Shown piece after piece: positions 27,907 through 39,989 of a stretch of DNA of 64,000 nt. Source of the stretch: Eledone cirrhosa (lineage: Eukaryota); contig OZ024741.1 in NCBI GenBank assembly GCA_964016885.1, forward strand, positions 206,646,001 through 206,710,000, given 5' to 3'. A model generated the notes under the pieces. That model was not told where the DNA came from and made no database searches. It saw only the letters and a program-made list of their open reading frames with translations. The position numbers and the translations under genes are program-made. Position 1 is the stretch's first letter; each line of letters opens with the position of its first letter.

Positions 27907-27994
<88 letters not shown>

Positions 27995-28162
27995 TAGTTT
28001 CTGATGTAATGAAGTTTGTAGCCCATATGCGAGACCGATTAAATAATGTACCAGTCAAGTACTCTGGTCGGTATAACCGATTTCCCCTTCCAACAATTTG
28101 TCTGACGTTGTAACTACGTTAGAAACTCATAATTGTACTTTCCTATGTTCTCAGCCCCAATA

Positions 28163-28163
28163 C

Positions 28164-28195
<32 letters not shown>

Positions 28196-28196
28196 A

Positions 28197-28250
<54 letters not shown>
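28163..28250. repeat. (TAG)n microsatellite
   Basis: Direct reading. Confidence 0.95.
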
Positions 28251-29024
28251 GCGTCTTATTAGTAGTAGAGGAGCATTTTTTGTCAAATATGCCTCCAATT
28301 TTTGTAATGGTTTGTGTTTTTATGTCGCGCCTTTTCTGTCTTTCACACCCTCTTTCTTTGTCATACACACTCTCTCCCTCTCTCTCTTCACTCTTTCTCG
28401 CTCCCTCCTCTCTCTCTCTTTCATACACACATACACATACTTCACCATCCACAGATACGTTCTTTCTTTATATTTACGCAGTCGACAACTTCTTATGCTC
28501 TACAATACCTTGAAAGTACACAGCGAGTAATTCTTCTTAATGTAAAGTGAATTTACACAATGACAACTTTATATACTTAGAATTGATGGATTATCTCATA
28601 GATGCCTAATTCACGCGTTTCTCAGTGGAAAAAGGAATGTCTGCCATTATATCCATTATATGCTAAAGTAGTTAGAACGACTTCTTGAAGATATATAATC
28701 GTTTGTTTGCTGAAGCTATGTAGCTAACCAGTTTCCGAATGGTTGGTTTCTAAATCCGTAATTTCTCTAATATTACCTTGTTTCCAATATTGTATTATGA
28801 GCAGTTATCAAGGACGAGTAACTAGAGTAAATGTCCTCTCATTGGCATGTGTGATTTAGTGTAAACTGTTTAGATATGGGGGTTTGATGGGGCAGATTTC
28901 GGGTGTTTCATTCAGCAAGCTATGCGTGTGCAGTTAAGTCTCGATCATCCGAATGAAATGAACAATGTGTATTTGTTCGAAGAACTTTTTCGGATAATTG
29001 ATCTGATAGTAAACAAAAGATGTA

Positions 29025-29222
29025 ATAGTTGTTTCTACTTTTCGCACAAGGTCAGGAATATGATGGCAAGGGTAAAGTCAATTAAATTAATTCTAGTTCG
29101 TTACTTGTGTTGTATTTTATGAAAGGCAAAGCTAGCCTCAGTGGGATTCGAATTCAGAACATTCCTTAATGCCGCGAAGCATGTTGCCCGACATTCTACC
29201 GATACTGTCAATCCTCCGCCCT
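29025..29222 (-). mobile_element. Old diverged SINE copy
   Basis: ttgtttctacttttcgcacaagg...atgaaaggcaaagc...ctaccgatactg. Confidence 0.75.
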
Positions 29223-29393
29223 CAAATGATGTAATAATAAATATAATTAAATAAAATCAGGTGTGCATAGTTTTTATGTGATTCAATCGAGGAAATGTAC
29301 TTTCTTGCAATCTTTAATACTTTCTCTATCCAATCACACCGCTGACAATTATTGCTTTTCTTCAAGTCTGTTGCTTTTCCTTCAAAGAATTCA

Positions 29394-29486
<93 letters not shown>

Positions 29487-29594
29487 TATTTTGCGTAGTG
29501 TTGTAATATAAATATTACACACAGTAGATGGACAGCTCACGTAGAGTTTGCTCGACGGTTCCAGTTGTAGTTCCAAAAGTAATCCGGAGAAAAA

Positions 29595-29898
29595 TAGAAG
29601 GATTTTAATGGATACAGTTTAGTTAAAAGGAATTTATTGACACGTGTTTCTATAACAGTTACATAACCTGAAAACAGCTGCTATCTACAAAGTATTAGTT
29701 ATGCAGACATTCAATATTTCAATGTTATTATCAACTGTCATTTCATCGGAAATGACAGTTGATAATAACATTGAAATATTGAATGTCTGCATAACTAATA
29801 CTTTGTAGATAGCAGCTGTTTTCAGGTTATGTAACTGTTATAGAAACACGTGTCAATAAATTCCTTTTAACTAAACTGTATCCATTAAAATCCTTCTA
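29595..29898. repeat. Perfect ~150-bp-arm palindrome ending at (TA)n
   Basis: Arms 29595-29744 and 29749-29898, loop atcg. Confidence 0.9.
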
Positions 29899-29958
29899 TA
29901 TATATATATATATATTATCGACTGTTTCCAAGTCCAGCAGTAGCAAGCGGTGGGAGGG

Positions 29959-30002
29959 ACAGTCCTGAAGAAGGCCAGTCAAGCCTGAAATGCATAGACG
30001 GT
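29959..30002 (+). ncRNA. Minimal type I hammerhead ribozyme in a ~190-bp (TA)n-flanked element
   Basis: ACAGTC-CTGAAGA-AGGC(cagtcaa)GCCT-GAAA-TGCA-TA-GACGGT; the element is homologous to 1320-1520. Confidence 0.8.
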
Positions 30003-30104
30003 TGTCCGCCTGCGTCTGCTGGACACCACCAGAGAGCGTTAGCACCCCGGTGTTTGCATATCTACGGCTACCTAAAACCGTATTTCTTTAGAAATACGAA
30101 ATTT

Positions 30105-30201
<97 letters not shown>

Positions 30202-30341
30202 AAGATTAAACATGGTTCAATGAATAAATCAAAGAATAAAGTTTTACAATAGATTAGAAGCACTCCACATATTTGGTTTTCCGGAGTTATTAATATTAAT
30301 TCAAAATATTAACAAAAATAGACATTCGTGTGATCAAGTAT

Positions 30342-30406
30342 ATTTTATTATACATATTTCAGAAGTACTGAGTTATCTTCAACAGTACGTCCTCATCAGA
30401 TAAAAT
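30342..30406 (-). ncRNA. Type I hammerhead ribozyme within fold-back 30294-30533
   Basis: ATTTTAT-CTGATGA-ggacGTACTG..CAGTACttct-GAAA-TATGTA-TA-ATAAAAT; same stem I as the young PLE hammerhead. Confidence 0.8.
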
Positions 30407-31034
30407 AAGATGATGCATGACATACCCTGACTAAGTAGATGGTTAAAATTCACTGCCAGTACCTCTGAAATATGTATAATAAAATATACTTGATCACACG
30501 AATGTCTATTTTTGTTAATATTTTGAATTAATATATATATATATACAATTCAATGATATTAAATAAATGGAAACTATATTTATAAGGGTACCAACATTTT
30601 GGTACGCTTTCATCATATAAAATACCAAGTTTGTTTCATACATTTTGACATAACCAAGAAAAGATACCTTAACGGTTCAAGTTTTTCTTGGATAGTGAAG
30701 GGAAAAGAGAAGAAAAGTCAGATATTTGAAAGTATTAAGATGAGTATGCAAATGAGGTTGAGGGCTGAACAAACGTTATTTTAGACGCTATGCAGAATTT
30801 AAATAATTAGGGTATATGTATGTATGAGTGGGAAGAAGAAAAAAGAAAGAAGAGCTTCTATTTATGTTAATTTAAAAGGAATTAACAATTTGCGGGAATG
30901 GTGGAATATGATTCCAGAATTTAGTGGCGTGAGTCTGCGAGACACGTTAAGTTCTGCAACCATGTGCGTTACATATACGCACACTATCCATTTTTTAAAT
31001 TATATTTAGAAGTGACCAGGATACTAATAATTCT

Positions 31035-31116
31035 TCACCCGCTGATGAACTAGGATTTTGGTATTCCTCTTCACAAATAATATTGCGAAACAGTATTATC
31101 AAAACTGTCCGGGTGA
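31035..31116 (+). ncRNA. Type I hammerhead ribozyme (stem II degenerate)
   Basis: TCACCCG-CTGATGA-...-GAAA-CAGT(9 nt)ACTG-TC-CGGGTGA; downstream tail acggctcgg..gagcta is shared with 6110 and 19472. Confidence 0.7.
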
Positions 31117-31371
31117 TCGATAGTTACCACAATTTTGGTTTGTATTTATTTTTCTTGATTTATTCTTAAATTGAGTCTACCAAACCCTATTGTCTGTAGT
31201 TATTATTCTTTTCACCTTAGCGAATCTGGTCCGTTACGATTTGAACACATATATGTATGTGTTCGTTTTTCTTTTTTGTTCAGTTATACTATACGGCTCG
31301 GAAAAACCACTTTCCTAGAGCTAATTCACTGTAATGAGACTATTTTGAGTTTCTAACTCAATACATGCTTT

Positions 31372-31439
<68 letters not shown>

Positions 31440-31470
31440 AGATCAAAAGATGGTTAAAGGAGTTCAATAT

Positions 31471-31539
31471 ATTTTATTATGCGCATTTCAAAAACAAACA
31501 TCATCAAACAATAATATTTGTGTTTTCATCAGATAAAAC
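31471..31539 (-). ncRNA. Hammerhead ribozyme, PLE copy 1
   Basis: Reverse complement of 41281-41349. Confidence 0.85.
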
Positions 31540-32829
31540 AGGAGAACATGATATGAAGGCTAAAAAAACACTTGTTGATAGTGCAGTTTTAAATCAACAT
31601 ATGAAAAGTGGTTTTAGATTGATGTGTGATATTGGGAAAAATATTTTATTTAGAGAGGGGGGGAGAGAAAAGGATGAAAAGGGAAGGAGATGAGAGGGAG
31701 AGATGGGTGATAGAGAGAAAGAGATAGTTTTTATAACTGAGAGGAGATATATTTTATATAGAGGGGTTGAAAACCGTTGGAAGATACTGTATAAATTAAA
31801 AATTTTGAAAATTAACGAAGGGAGGATATGTGCGAGGAAAAAATATATTATATTTAGGGAGGGGTGGGGGTGGAAAGGATGAAAAAAAGGGGAGGAGATG
31901 AGAGTGAAGGTGGAAAGGGAGAGATGGGTGATAGAGAGAAAGAGATAGTTTTTATAACTGAGAAAAAGATATAATGTTTTAATATAGAGAGGTTGGGAAC
32001 CGTTGGAAGATAATGTATAAATTAAAGGAATTTGAAAATTAACGAAGGGAAATTATGTATGGAGATAGAGAGAAAAAATTAACGAAGGGAAATTATGTAT
32101 GGAGATAGAGAAAAAAAATAACGAAGGGAAATTATGTATGGAGATAGAGAGAAAAAAATAATAATTGTGGGTGAATATTCTAACGTCAAAAGAAGAAATG
32201 TAGGAATTTTAAAATTTTAAAATTAGCAAATAGAAAAAGTTTATGTGTAGAAGGATTTGAGAAAAATAATGTGAAGTTAAAGTTTTTATATTGAATTCAT
32301 ATGTATTAATAATGAGTTCGTTGATGGGGAGAAAAAAATAATAATAAATTAAGGATGAAATTGAGATTAAAAAGATTTATGATAGAGAGAAAAAATAATA
32401 ATGATTGCGGATGAATACTCAAAATGTCAAAAACAAATGTTATTGTTTTACGAGGAGATATAATGAGGGTGATGAGTAAACGGGTATTATAGAGTGTATA
32501 ATGCCCTTTAAAGTAAGGTAGATGGGTATATTTTAAAGAATATATGAGTGTATATTAAAAAAAATATATATAATAATAAATTAAGGATGAAATTGAGATT
32601 AAAAAGATTTATGATAGAGGGAAAAAAAAATAATAATGATTGCGGATGAATATTCAAAATGTCAAAAACAAATGTTATTGTTTTACGAGAAGATAGGATG
32701 AGGGTAATAAGTAAACGAGTATTATAGAGTGTATAATGCCCTTTAAAGTAAGGTAGATGGGTATATTTTAAAGAGGTGTATGTATATGTGCCTTTGAGAA
32801 AAGATTCTAAATTGATAAAGAATTGAATA

Positions 32830-35428
32830 TTAACTGTATACTTTGTGAAAAGTTCTATGGAATTTATGCAGGCAGATGGAAAACAAATCCGAGCGTCTAT
32901 TTATTATGGATTCTAGGTTAGAGATAATGGTAAATTTTTCATTTAGGCAGAGATTACAGATTTTAGATAGAGAGCTGTTCAAGTACGAGGATGCAGAAGA
33001 AATCTTTTTCCAAAAAATGTTATATTTAATGTTTTTGTCTTTTAAGGACCATATGAGTTCTGAGAGAGCAGTGTTAGTTCTTTTAAGTTTGTATTTGAAA
33101 GATGAATGATGATTATAGAGACGAGCTTTAAAAGAGGTGGAAGTGGAGCCAAAATAGGTGAAGGAATTGGTGCTAGTTATAATTTTACATTCATAAATTA
33201 AGTTTTTATCGAGGCAATGGTTGTTGAGAGGACATTTATTTTTAATGCGGCAGTTGCAATTAGAGAGATTATTAATGAGTGATCTAGTGTTATCTATAGA
33301 AGGAATTGGATTGGAGAAGTTGTTTGCGATAGGAATAATAGGAATAATAGTTTCTTGATTTAGAGTTGGATTATGAACATTTAGCGAAGTTGTGTTTGAC
33401 GTTGCATTTGGGTTTACAGAGGTTAGCCTAGGGTTTACAATGACGTCAGGAGTACTATTATTGTTATTATGAGATTCAATATTGGAAGGAAGAGATTTAG
33501 TATTTAATATTTTGTTGTTGTGTTTAGAGATGATGTTGGAAATATTGGAGGATGTAGAATACGAAAATTTGATGGTGTGTTTGTTAAATATTTTACTATA
33601 GATATGTGAGGGAGGGAAGCATTTATTTAAGGCACTAAAAAATAATTTAGGAATATTGTTATTAATAGAGATGGAGAAAGGAGCATTATACCAGATTATG
33701 TTTTTGTATCTAGGTCTTTTATTAAAATTATTGGAATGGTTATGATTAAGTATTCTACTGTAAGTTTTCCTAGAATTTGTTTCTTTATTATATTTGATTT
33801 TATCTGGATAGCCGGCTTTAGAAAGTGCGTTATTATAGTAATTGGCGTTAGCATCAAAGATGTTTTTATTACAAGATATGTTAGATATTCTATTTCCAAT
33901 ATTATTAACTATAGCATTCTTGATATTGGTAGGATGGTTAGATTTAAAGTTAACATAATTAAGATTCTCATTGTTTTTATGGTAAGGGTAATATAGGCCA
34001 GTGTCAAGATTAAGAGATACATCCAAGAAATTAGCTAGTTTGGTACTATTATCAAATTCAATTTTTAGGTTATGTTGGTTAAAGAGATTACGTATATTGT
34101 TCTTAATAATATTAAGTTTAACTATATTGCAATTTAGGATAGTAAAGAGTCCATCGTCACGATAAATTCCACCGCGAAGTTGAGGAATTTTCCGACTCAA
34201 AGAGTTCAAAATGAAGATACCAATTAAATCAGTCAATTGGGATGAATCGGATGCTCCCATTGTGATGTCGAAGTTGTTAGAGGTATCGGCTCTGGTCCAA
34301 TATTCGTTGTTGAACTCTAGGATGGTTTTACGTGCGGTGAGGATGATGTGAAGTTCATCTGTGGTGATGTCAGAATATTTAAGTGCGAAAGATAGAGCAT
34401 TATTGAGAGGGGGGTGGATTGGCAGTATCGGTAGAGGGTCGGACGCCATGCTTTCCAGCATAGTTACGTCCCTTTACGATCTGAGTTCAAATCCCGCCGA
34501 GGTTGACTTTGCCTTTCATCCTTACGGGGTCGATAAAATAAAGTACCAGTAATGAACTGGGATAATTGCTGGCCTTGTGCCTAAAGTAGAAACAATTATT
34601 GAGAAGTGAAGGCGAAATGGAGGAATAGTAGCTGGCAATATCGAATTGAATAAATTTTAGTTTGTTTTTATTATCCAATTTGTTGAACCAGCCAATCACT
34701 TCAGAAGTACCAAACCATAAATTTAGGTTTAAAGAAGAGCAATTAGAACTAACCTGTGGGATAATCCTATCCAAGATGGCTTTACTAACAACCCCCAGAT
34801 CAGATTTAGAGGGGGCGATTAATCTAACAGGTAGTTCAGTGCGAAAATTGTTTTTGTGATCCTTGAGATTTATCCTCGGAGTTCTTGGGAGGAATGGTTC
34901 GGTCTTTTTTTCAATGCCAAGTTTTGACATAATCTCATAGGCTTCAAGTTTTATGCATTCTAAATTTTCATGGTTGGTTTTACGATACTTTTTCCTAAGT
35001 TCCTTTAGGATAAGGTTGTTATAATTATCCTTGGAAATACCATATAGGTTATTGGTTTTGTCAGAGTGGACTAAAACATTTTTTGAGGAATTTAGGTTAG
35101 AGATTGTGTTCTTGAGATTTACAAGGTGCTCTTGTCCTTTGTAAGGGTATCTCTTGAATTTAAGATTTTTTATAATTTAAGTTAATTTTTCCTCGAATTG
35201 TGCTAGATTTTTGTTGGAAGGAGGATTTCGTCTGGAATTAAAAAGATGATCGAGGAAGTTGTGTTCTTTGGTATGAAAGTTCCCTTTTAGGCGCTGGTCA
35301 TAGAAATAGGCTGTCCATCTAAGTCTTCTTACGAAGGAGTCAGTTTTTTCAATAAGAAGTTTGGTGAATTCAGATTTACCAGGTATAGGAATGTCTTTAG
35401 TAGAATTGGTTATGTTGTAATAATCCAT
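32830..35428 (-). pseudogene. Full-length PLE ORF (N-terminal domain, RT, GIY-YIG) interrupted by a nonsense codon and a SINE
   Basis: Starts MDYYNITNSTKDIPIP..RRLRWTAYFY; in-frame TAA at 35177-35179; SINE at 34409-34594; motifs QFDIASYY, ITMGAS, YRDDG, FLDV, IYEC..YFGST. Confidence 0.9.
34409..34594 (+). mobile_element. tRNA-derived SINE inserted in the PLE RT
   Basis: 10-bp TSD attattgaga at 34399-34408 and 34595-34604; empty site visible at 38411-38420. Confidence 0.95.
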
Positions 35429-35633
35429 GTTGTAGAAGAAGAGGTGAAGGACCATCAAAAGGTATCCAATATGAGAGTAAGCGCTCAACCGTTAAGGAGC
35501 AAGTTAATGTAGGAGGTGAGTTTTATTGTAGTACAATAAAGCAATGCAGATATCGGATAAGAAGCACTCTACAGTTTGTGGGACCGGAGTATGCATAATA
35601 TAAGATCAAAAGATGGTTAAAGGAGTTCAATAT

Positions 35634-35702
35634 ATTTTATTATGCGCATTTCAAAAACAAACATCATCAAACAATAATATTTGTGTTTTCATCAGATAAA
35701 AC
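35634..35702 (-). ncRNA. Hammerhead ribozyme, PLE copy 2 (upstream pLTR of copy 1)
   Basis: Reverse complement of 41281-41349. Confidence 0.85.
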
Positions 35703-36994
35703 AGGAGAACATGATATGAAGGCTAAAAAACACTTGTTGATAGTGCAGTTTTAAATCAACATATGAAAAGTGGTTTTAGATTGATGTGTGATATTGGGAA
35801 AAATATTTTATTTAGAGAGGGGGGGAGAGAAAAGGATGAAAAGGGAAGGAGATGAGAGGGAGAGATGGGTGATAGAGAGAAAGAGATAGTTTTTATAACT
35901 GAGAGGAGATATATTTTATATAGAGGGGTTGAAAACCGTTGGAAGATACTGTATAAATTGAAAATTTTGAAAATTAACGAAGGGAGGATATGTGCGAGGA
36001 AAAAATATATTATATTTAGGGAGGGGTGGGGGTGGAAAGGATGAAAAAAAGGGGAGGAGATGAGAGTGAAGGTGGAAAGGGAGAGATGGGTGATAGAGAG
36101 AAAGAGATAGTTTTCATAACTGAGAAAAAGATATAATGTTTTAATATAGAGAGGTTGGGAACCGTTGGAAGATAATGTATAAATTAAAGGAATTTGAAAA
36201 TTAACGAAGGGAAATTATGTATGGAGATAGAGAGAAAAAATTAACGAAGGGAAATTATATATGGAGATAGAGAGAAAAAAAAAATAACGAAGGGAAATTA
36301 TGTATGGAGATAGAGAGAAAAAAATAATAATTGTGGGTGAATATTCTAACGTCAAAAGAAGAAATGTAGGAATTTTAAAATTTTAAAATTAGCAAATAGA
36401 AAAAGTTTATGTGTAGAAGGATTTGAGAAAAATAATGTGAAGTTAAAGTTTTTATATTGAATTCATATGTATTAATAATGAGTTCGTTGATGGGGAGAAA
36501 AAAATAATAATAAATTAAGGATGAAATTGAGATTAAAAAGATTTATGATAGAGAGAAAAAATAATAATGATTGCGGATGAATACTCAAAATGTCAAAAAC
36601 AAATGTTATTGTTTTACGAGGAGATATAATGAGGGTGATGAGTAAACGGGTATTATAGAGTGCATAATGCCCTTTAAAGTAAGGTAGATGGGTATATTTT
36701 AAAGAATATATGAGTGTATATTAAAAAAAATATATATAATAATAAATTAAGGATGAAATTGAGATTAAAAAGATTTATGATAGAGGGAAAAAAAATAATA
36801 ATGATTGCGGATGAATATTCAAAATGTCAAAAACAAATGTTATTGTTTTACGAGAAGATAGGATGAGGGTAATAAGTAAACGAGTATTATAGAGTGTATA
36901 ATGCCCTTTAAAGTAAGGTAGATGGGTATATTTTAAAGAGGTGTATGTATATGTGCCTTTGAGAAAAGATTCTAAATTGATAAAGAATTGAATA

Positions 36995-38216
36995 TTAACT
37001 GTATACTTTGTGAAAAGTTCTATGGAATTTATGCAGGCAGATGGAAAACAAATCCGAGCGTCTATTTATTATGGATTCTAGGTTAGAGATAATGGTAAAT
37101 TTTTCATTTAGGCAGAGATTGCAGATTTTAGATAGAGAGCTGTTCAAGTACGAGGATGCAGAAGAAATCTTTTTCCAAAAAATGTTATATTTAATGTTTT
37201 TGTCTTTTAAGGACCATATGAGTTCTGAGAGAGCAGTGTTAGTTCTTTTAAGTTTGTATTTGAAAGATGAATGATGATTATAGAGACGAGCTTTAAAAGA
37301 GGTGGAAGTGGAGCCAAAATAGGTGAAGGAATTGGTGCTAGTTATAATTTTACATTCATAAATTAAGTTTTTATCGAGGCAATGGTTGTTGAGAGGACAT
37401 TTATTTTTAATGCGGCAGTTGCAATTAGAGAGATTATTAATGAGTGATCTAGTGTTATCTATAGAAGGAATTGGATTGGAGAAGTTGTTTGCGATAGGAA
37501 TAATAGGAATAATAGTTTCTTGATTTAGAGTTGGATTATGAACATTTAGCGAAGTTGTGTTTGACGTTGCATTTGGGTTTACAGAGGTTAGCCTAGGGTT
37601 TACAATGACGTCAGGAGTACTATTATTGTTATTATGAGATTCAATATTGGAAGGAAGAGATTTAGTATTTAATATTTTGTTGTTGTGTTTAGAGATGATG
37701 TTGGAAATATTGGAGGATGTAGAATACGAAAATTTGATGGTGTGTTTGTTAAATATTTTACTATAGATATGTGAGGGAGGGAAGCATTTATTTAAGGCAC
37801 TAAAAAATAATTTAGGAATATTGTTATTAATAGAGATGGAGAAAGGAGCATTATACCAGATTATGTTTTTGTATCTAGGTCTTTTATTAAAATTATTGGA
37901 ATGGTTATGATTAAGTATTCTACTGTAAGTTTTCCTAGAATTTGTTTCTTTATTATATTTGATTTTATCTGGATAGCCGGCTTTAGAAAGTGCGTTATTA
38001 TAGTAATTGGCGTTAGCATCAAAGATGTTTTTATTAGAAGATATGTTAGATATTCTATTTCCAATATTATTAACTATAGCATTCTTGATATTGGTAGGAT
38101 GGTTAGATTTAAAGTTAACATAATTAAGATTCTCATTGTTTTTATGGTAAGGGTAATATAGGCCAGTGTCAAGATTAAGAGATACATCCAAGAAATTAGC
38201 TAGTTTGGTACTATTA
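36995..38216 (-). pseudogene. 5'-truncated PLE ORF (RT thumb to GIY-YIG)
   Basis: Nearly identical to 32830-34050; the N-terminus in the ORF track is chimeric antisense sequence. Confidence 0.88.
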
Positions 38217-39989
38217 CTGGGGGTTGTTAGTAAAGCCATCTTGGATAGGATTATCCCACAGGTTAGTTCTAATTGCTCTTCTTTAAACCTAAATTTATGG
38301 TTTGGTACTTCTGAAGTGATTGGCTGGTTCAACAAATTGGATAATAAAAACAAACTAAAATTTATTCAATTCGATATTGCCAGCTACTATTCCTCCATTT
38401 CGCCTTCACTTCTCAATAATGCTCTATCTTTCGCACTTAAATATTCTGACATCACCACAGATGAACTTCACATCATCCTCACCGCACGTAAAACTATCCT
38501 AGAGTTCAACAACGAATATTGGACCAGAGCCGATACCTCTAACAACTTCGACATCACAATGGGAGCATCCGATTCATCCCAATTGACTGATTTAATTGGT
38601 ATCTTCATTTTGAACTCTTTGAGTCGGAAAATTCCTCAACTTCGCGGTGGAATTTATCGTGACGATGGACTCTTTACTATCCTAAATTGCAATATAGTTA
38701 AACTTAATATTATTAAGAACAATATACGTAATCTCTTTAACCAACATAACCTAAAAATTGAATTTGATAATAGTACCAAACTAGCTAATTTCTTGGATGT
38801 ATCTCTTAATCTTGACACTGGCCTATATTACCCTTACCATAAAAACAATGAGAATCTTAATTATGTTAACTTTAAATCTAACCATCCTACCAATATCAAG
38901 AATGCTATAGTTAATAATATTGGAAATAGAATATCTAACATATCTTGTAATAAAAACATCTTTGATGCTAACGCCAATTACTATAATAACGCACTTTCTA
39001 AAGCCGGCTATCCAGATAAAATCAAATATAATAAAGAAACAAATTCTAGGAAAACTTACAGTAGAATACTTAATCATAACCATTCCAATAATTTTAATAA
39101 AAGACCTAGATACAAAAACATAATCTGGTATAATGCTCCTTTCTCCATCTCTATTAATAACAATATTCCTAAATTATTTTTTAGTGCCTTAAATAAATGC
39201 TTCCCTCCCTCACATATCTATAGTAAAATATTTAACAAACACACCATCAAATTTTCGTATTCTACATCCTCCAATATTTCCAACATCATCTCTAAACACA
39301 ACAACAAAATATTAAATACTAAATCTCTTCCTTCCAATATTGAATCTCATAATAACAATAATAGTACTCCTGACGTCATTGTAAACCCTAGGCTAACCTC
39401 TGTAAACCCAAATGCAACGTCAAACACAACTTCGCTAAATGTTCATAATCCAACTCTAAATCAAGAAACTATTATTCCTATTATTCCTATCGCAAACAAC
39501 TTCTCCAATCCAATTCCTTCTATAGATAACACTAGATCACTCATTAATAATCTCTCTAATTGCAACTGCCGCATTAAAAATAAATGTCCTCTCAACAACC
39601 ATTGCCTCGATAAAAACTTAATTTATGAATGTAAAATTATAACTAGCACCAATTCCTTCACCTATTTTGGCTCCACTTCCACCTCTTTTAAAGCTCGTCT
39701 CTATAATCATCATTCATCTTTCAAATACAAACTTAAAAGAACTAACACTGCTCTCTCAGAACTCATATGGTCCTTAAAAGACAAAAACATTAAATATAAC
39801 ATTTTTTGGAAAAAGATTTCTTCTGCATCCTCGTACTTGAACAGCTCTCTATCTAAAATCTGTAATCTCTGCCTAAATGAAAAATTTACCATTATCTCTA
39901 ACCTAGAATCCATAATAAATAGACGCTCGGATTTGTTTTCCATCTGCCTGCATAAATTCCATAGAACTTTTCACAAAGTATACAGTTAA
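38217..39989 (+). CDS. 5'-truncated but uninterrupted PLE RT + GIY-YIG endonuclease frame
   Basis: FDIASYY, TMGAS, YRDD, FLDV, CNCx5Cx5C linker, IYECKI..YFGSTSTSFKARLYNH, CNLC; lacks the native N-terminus. Confidence 0.85.
   Translation: MGVVSKAILDRIIPQVSSNCSSLNLNLWFGTSEVIGWFNKLDNKNKLKFIQFDIASYYSSISPSLLNNALSFALKYSDITTDELHIILTARKTILEFNNEYWTRADTSNNFDITMGASDSSQLTDLIGIFILNSLSRKIPQLRGGIYRDDGLFTILNCNIVKLNIIKNNIRNLFNQHNLKIEFDNSTKLANFLDVSLNLDTGLYYPYHKNNENLNYVNFKSNHPTNIKNAIVNNIGNRISNISCNKNIFDANANYYNNALSKAGYPDKIKYNKETNSRKTYSRILNHNHSNNFNKRPRYKNIIWYNAPFSISINNNIPKLFFSALNKCFPPSHIYSKIFNKHTIKFSYSTSSNISNIISKHNNKILNTKSLPSNIESHNNNNSTPDVIVNPRLTSVNPNATSNTTSLNVHNPTLNQETIIPIIPIANNFSNPIPSIDNTRSLINNLSNCNCRIKNKCPLNNHCLDKNLIYECKIITSTNSFTYFGSTSTSFKARLYNHHSSFKYKLKRTNTALSELIWSLKDKNIKYNIFWKKISSASSYLNSSLSKICNLCLNEKFTIISNLESIINRRSDLFSICLHKFHRTFHKVYS

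Noticed and set aside
34409-34461. N-terminus MLESMASDPLPILPIHPP of the 543-aa ORF
   Set aside because: Antisense SINE sequence fused to the PLE RT
38166-38353. N-termini of the 607-aa and 452-aa ORFs
   Set aside because: Chimeric read-through across the inversion junction at 38216/38217
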